The position numbers and the translations under genes were made by a program. This document shows, in pieces, positions 63,243 through 64,000 of a DNA stretch of 64,000 nucleotides; positions within the stretch are counted from its first letter, which is position 1, and each line of letters starts with the position of its first letter. The notes below the pieces were generated by a model. It was not told the DNA's origin. It did no database searches and saw only the letters and a list, made by a program, of their open reading frames with translations. The DNA is from Kudoa neothunni (lineage: Eukaryota; Animalia; Cnidaria): contig OZ199838.1 in the NCBI GenBank assembly GCA_964304625.1, positions 1,963,927 to 2,027,926 on the forward strand, written 5' to 3'.

Positions 63243-64000
63243 AAAAAGGGATACACTTGTTTTAGATCTATTTAAATATTATAATATTACGTATAACACG
63301 TAGTTATTTTTTACAAATACACAAAAAACTTTCATAATTTGAATTAATTAGAGCTCCAGAATTAATATCGATAGTCCCATTTTGCTTAATCTTGTTTGTC
63401 CCTAACTTAAAAGTATTAAATCGCCAACAATTCTTGCATCTGGTTGGAGATCCATTTAGAAGTCCTTTTTCAATAAGAAATTTAATTAATTAGTGGTATT
63501 CGTTGATCAACAAGAAGAAATGATTGTCACTTGAAAAAAAATTATCCGCCATTTGACTCTCAGCGATTATGATTAATTTCATAGAAAGTAAACATAGAAT
63601 GAAAAGAAAAAAATATAAAGCCTATTTAATTCAAATGTTTTTATAGAAAGAAAAATAACTGCAAACAATTTTTAATGACTTCACATTGGCGCGAAAATAT
63701 AGAATTATATATTAGAGCATAAAAAAAACTTATTTCACAATTAAAATGTTCTTTTCGGTTAAACGAAATTTTTATATTTAGAATCTATATCATCCTCAAA
63801 TAAATTTAAAAAAATCATTTGGATGGAGCGATTTTTGGATTAACTGGGTTCGACTGTAATAAGTTAGTTACAACTTAAAAATCACTGAAAAAAAAGATTT
63901 AAAAATGAATAAACGTCTAGAATAGAATCAGACATTAACTCCTACGTCTTTGAGTCATGATGTTTAAGACAGTTGCCAAACTCTTCTAAATAAAATAAGA

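Noticed and set aside
1-64000. Alternative genetic code explaining the fragmented ORFs
   Set aside because: In-frame stops in well-supported host genes are removed by canonical GT-AG introns; the remaining stops are in dead transposons.

Overview
Very AT-rich eukaryotic (animal) genomic DNA. Host genes have short GT-AG introns (mostly about 40-100 bp) and sit in intergenic DNA full of decayed transposons. The compact introns and very divergent proteins suggest a reduced, fast-evolving invertebrate, possibly a parasite such as a myxozoan or orthonectid (inference only). Hand-spliced host genes: an Asteroid/FAM120-like PIN-family gene head-to-head with an IRSp53/BAIAP2-like I-BAR+SH3 gene; GGA (VHS-GAT-GAE); an orphan type I membrane protein of about 860 aa with six Cys-rich FN3-like modules; a small orphan secreted protein; three tandem divergent globins sharing a 5-exon structure and basic N-terminal extensions; a PALS1/MPP5-like MAGUK with an extra N-terminal PDZ; an SLC35A nucleotide-sugar transporter; Akirin; and a transglutaminase with an N-terminal MGxxxSxC acylation-type motif. 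Mobile DNA includes piggyBac copies and MITEs, several hATs (one nested in another), pogo, MULE, Merlin, Ty3/gypsy, a tRNA-derived SINE and Helitron-like ends. The best novelty candidates are the globin cluster (largely missed by the ORF track) and the FN3-like surface protein. All exon models were read by eye and need RNA-seq confirmation.
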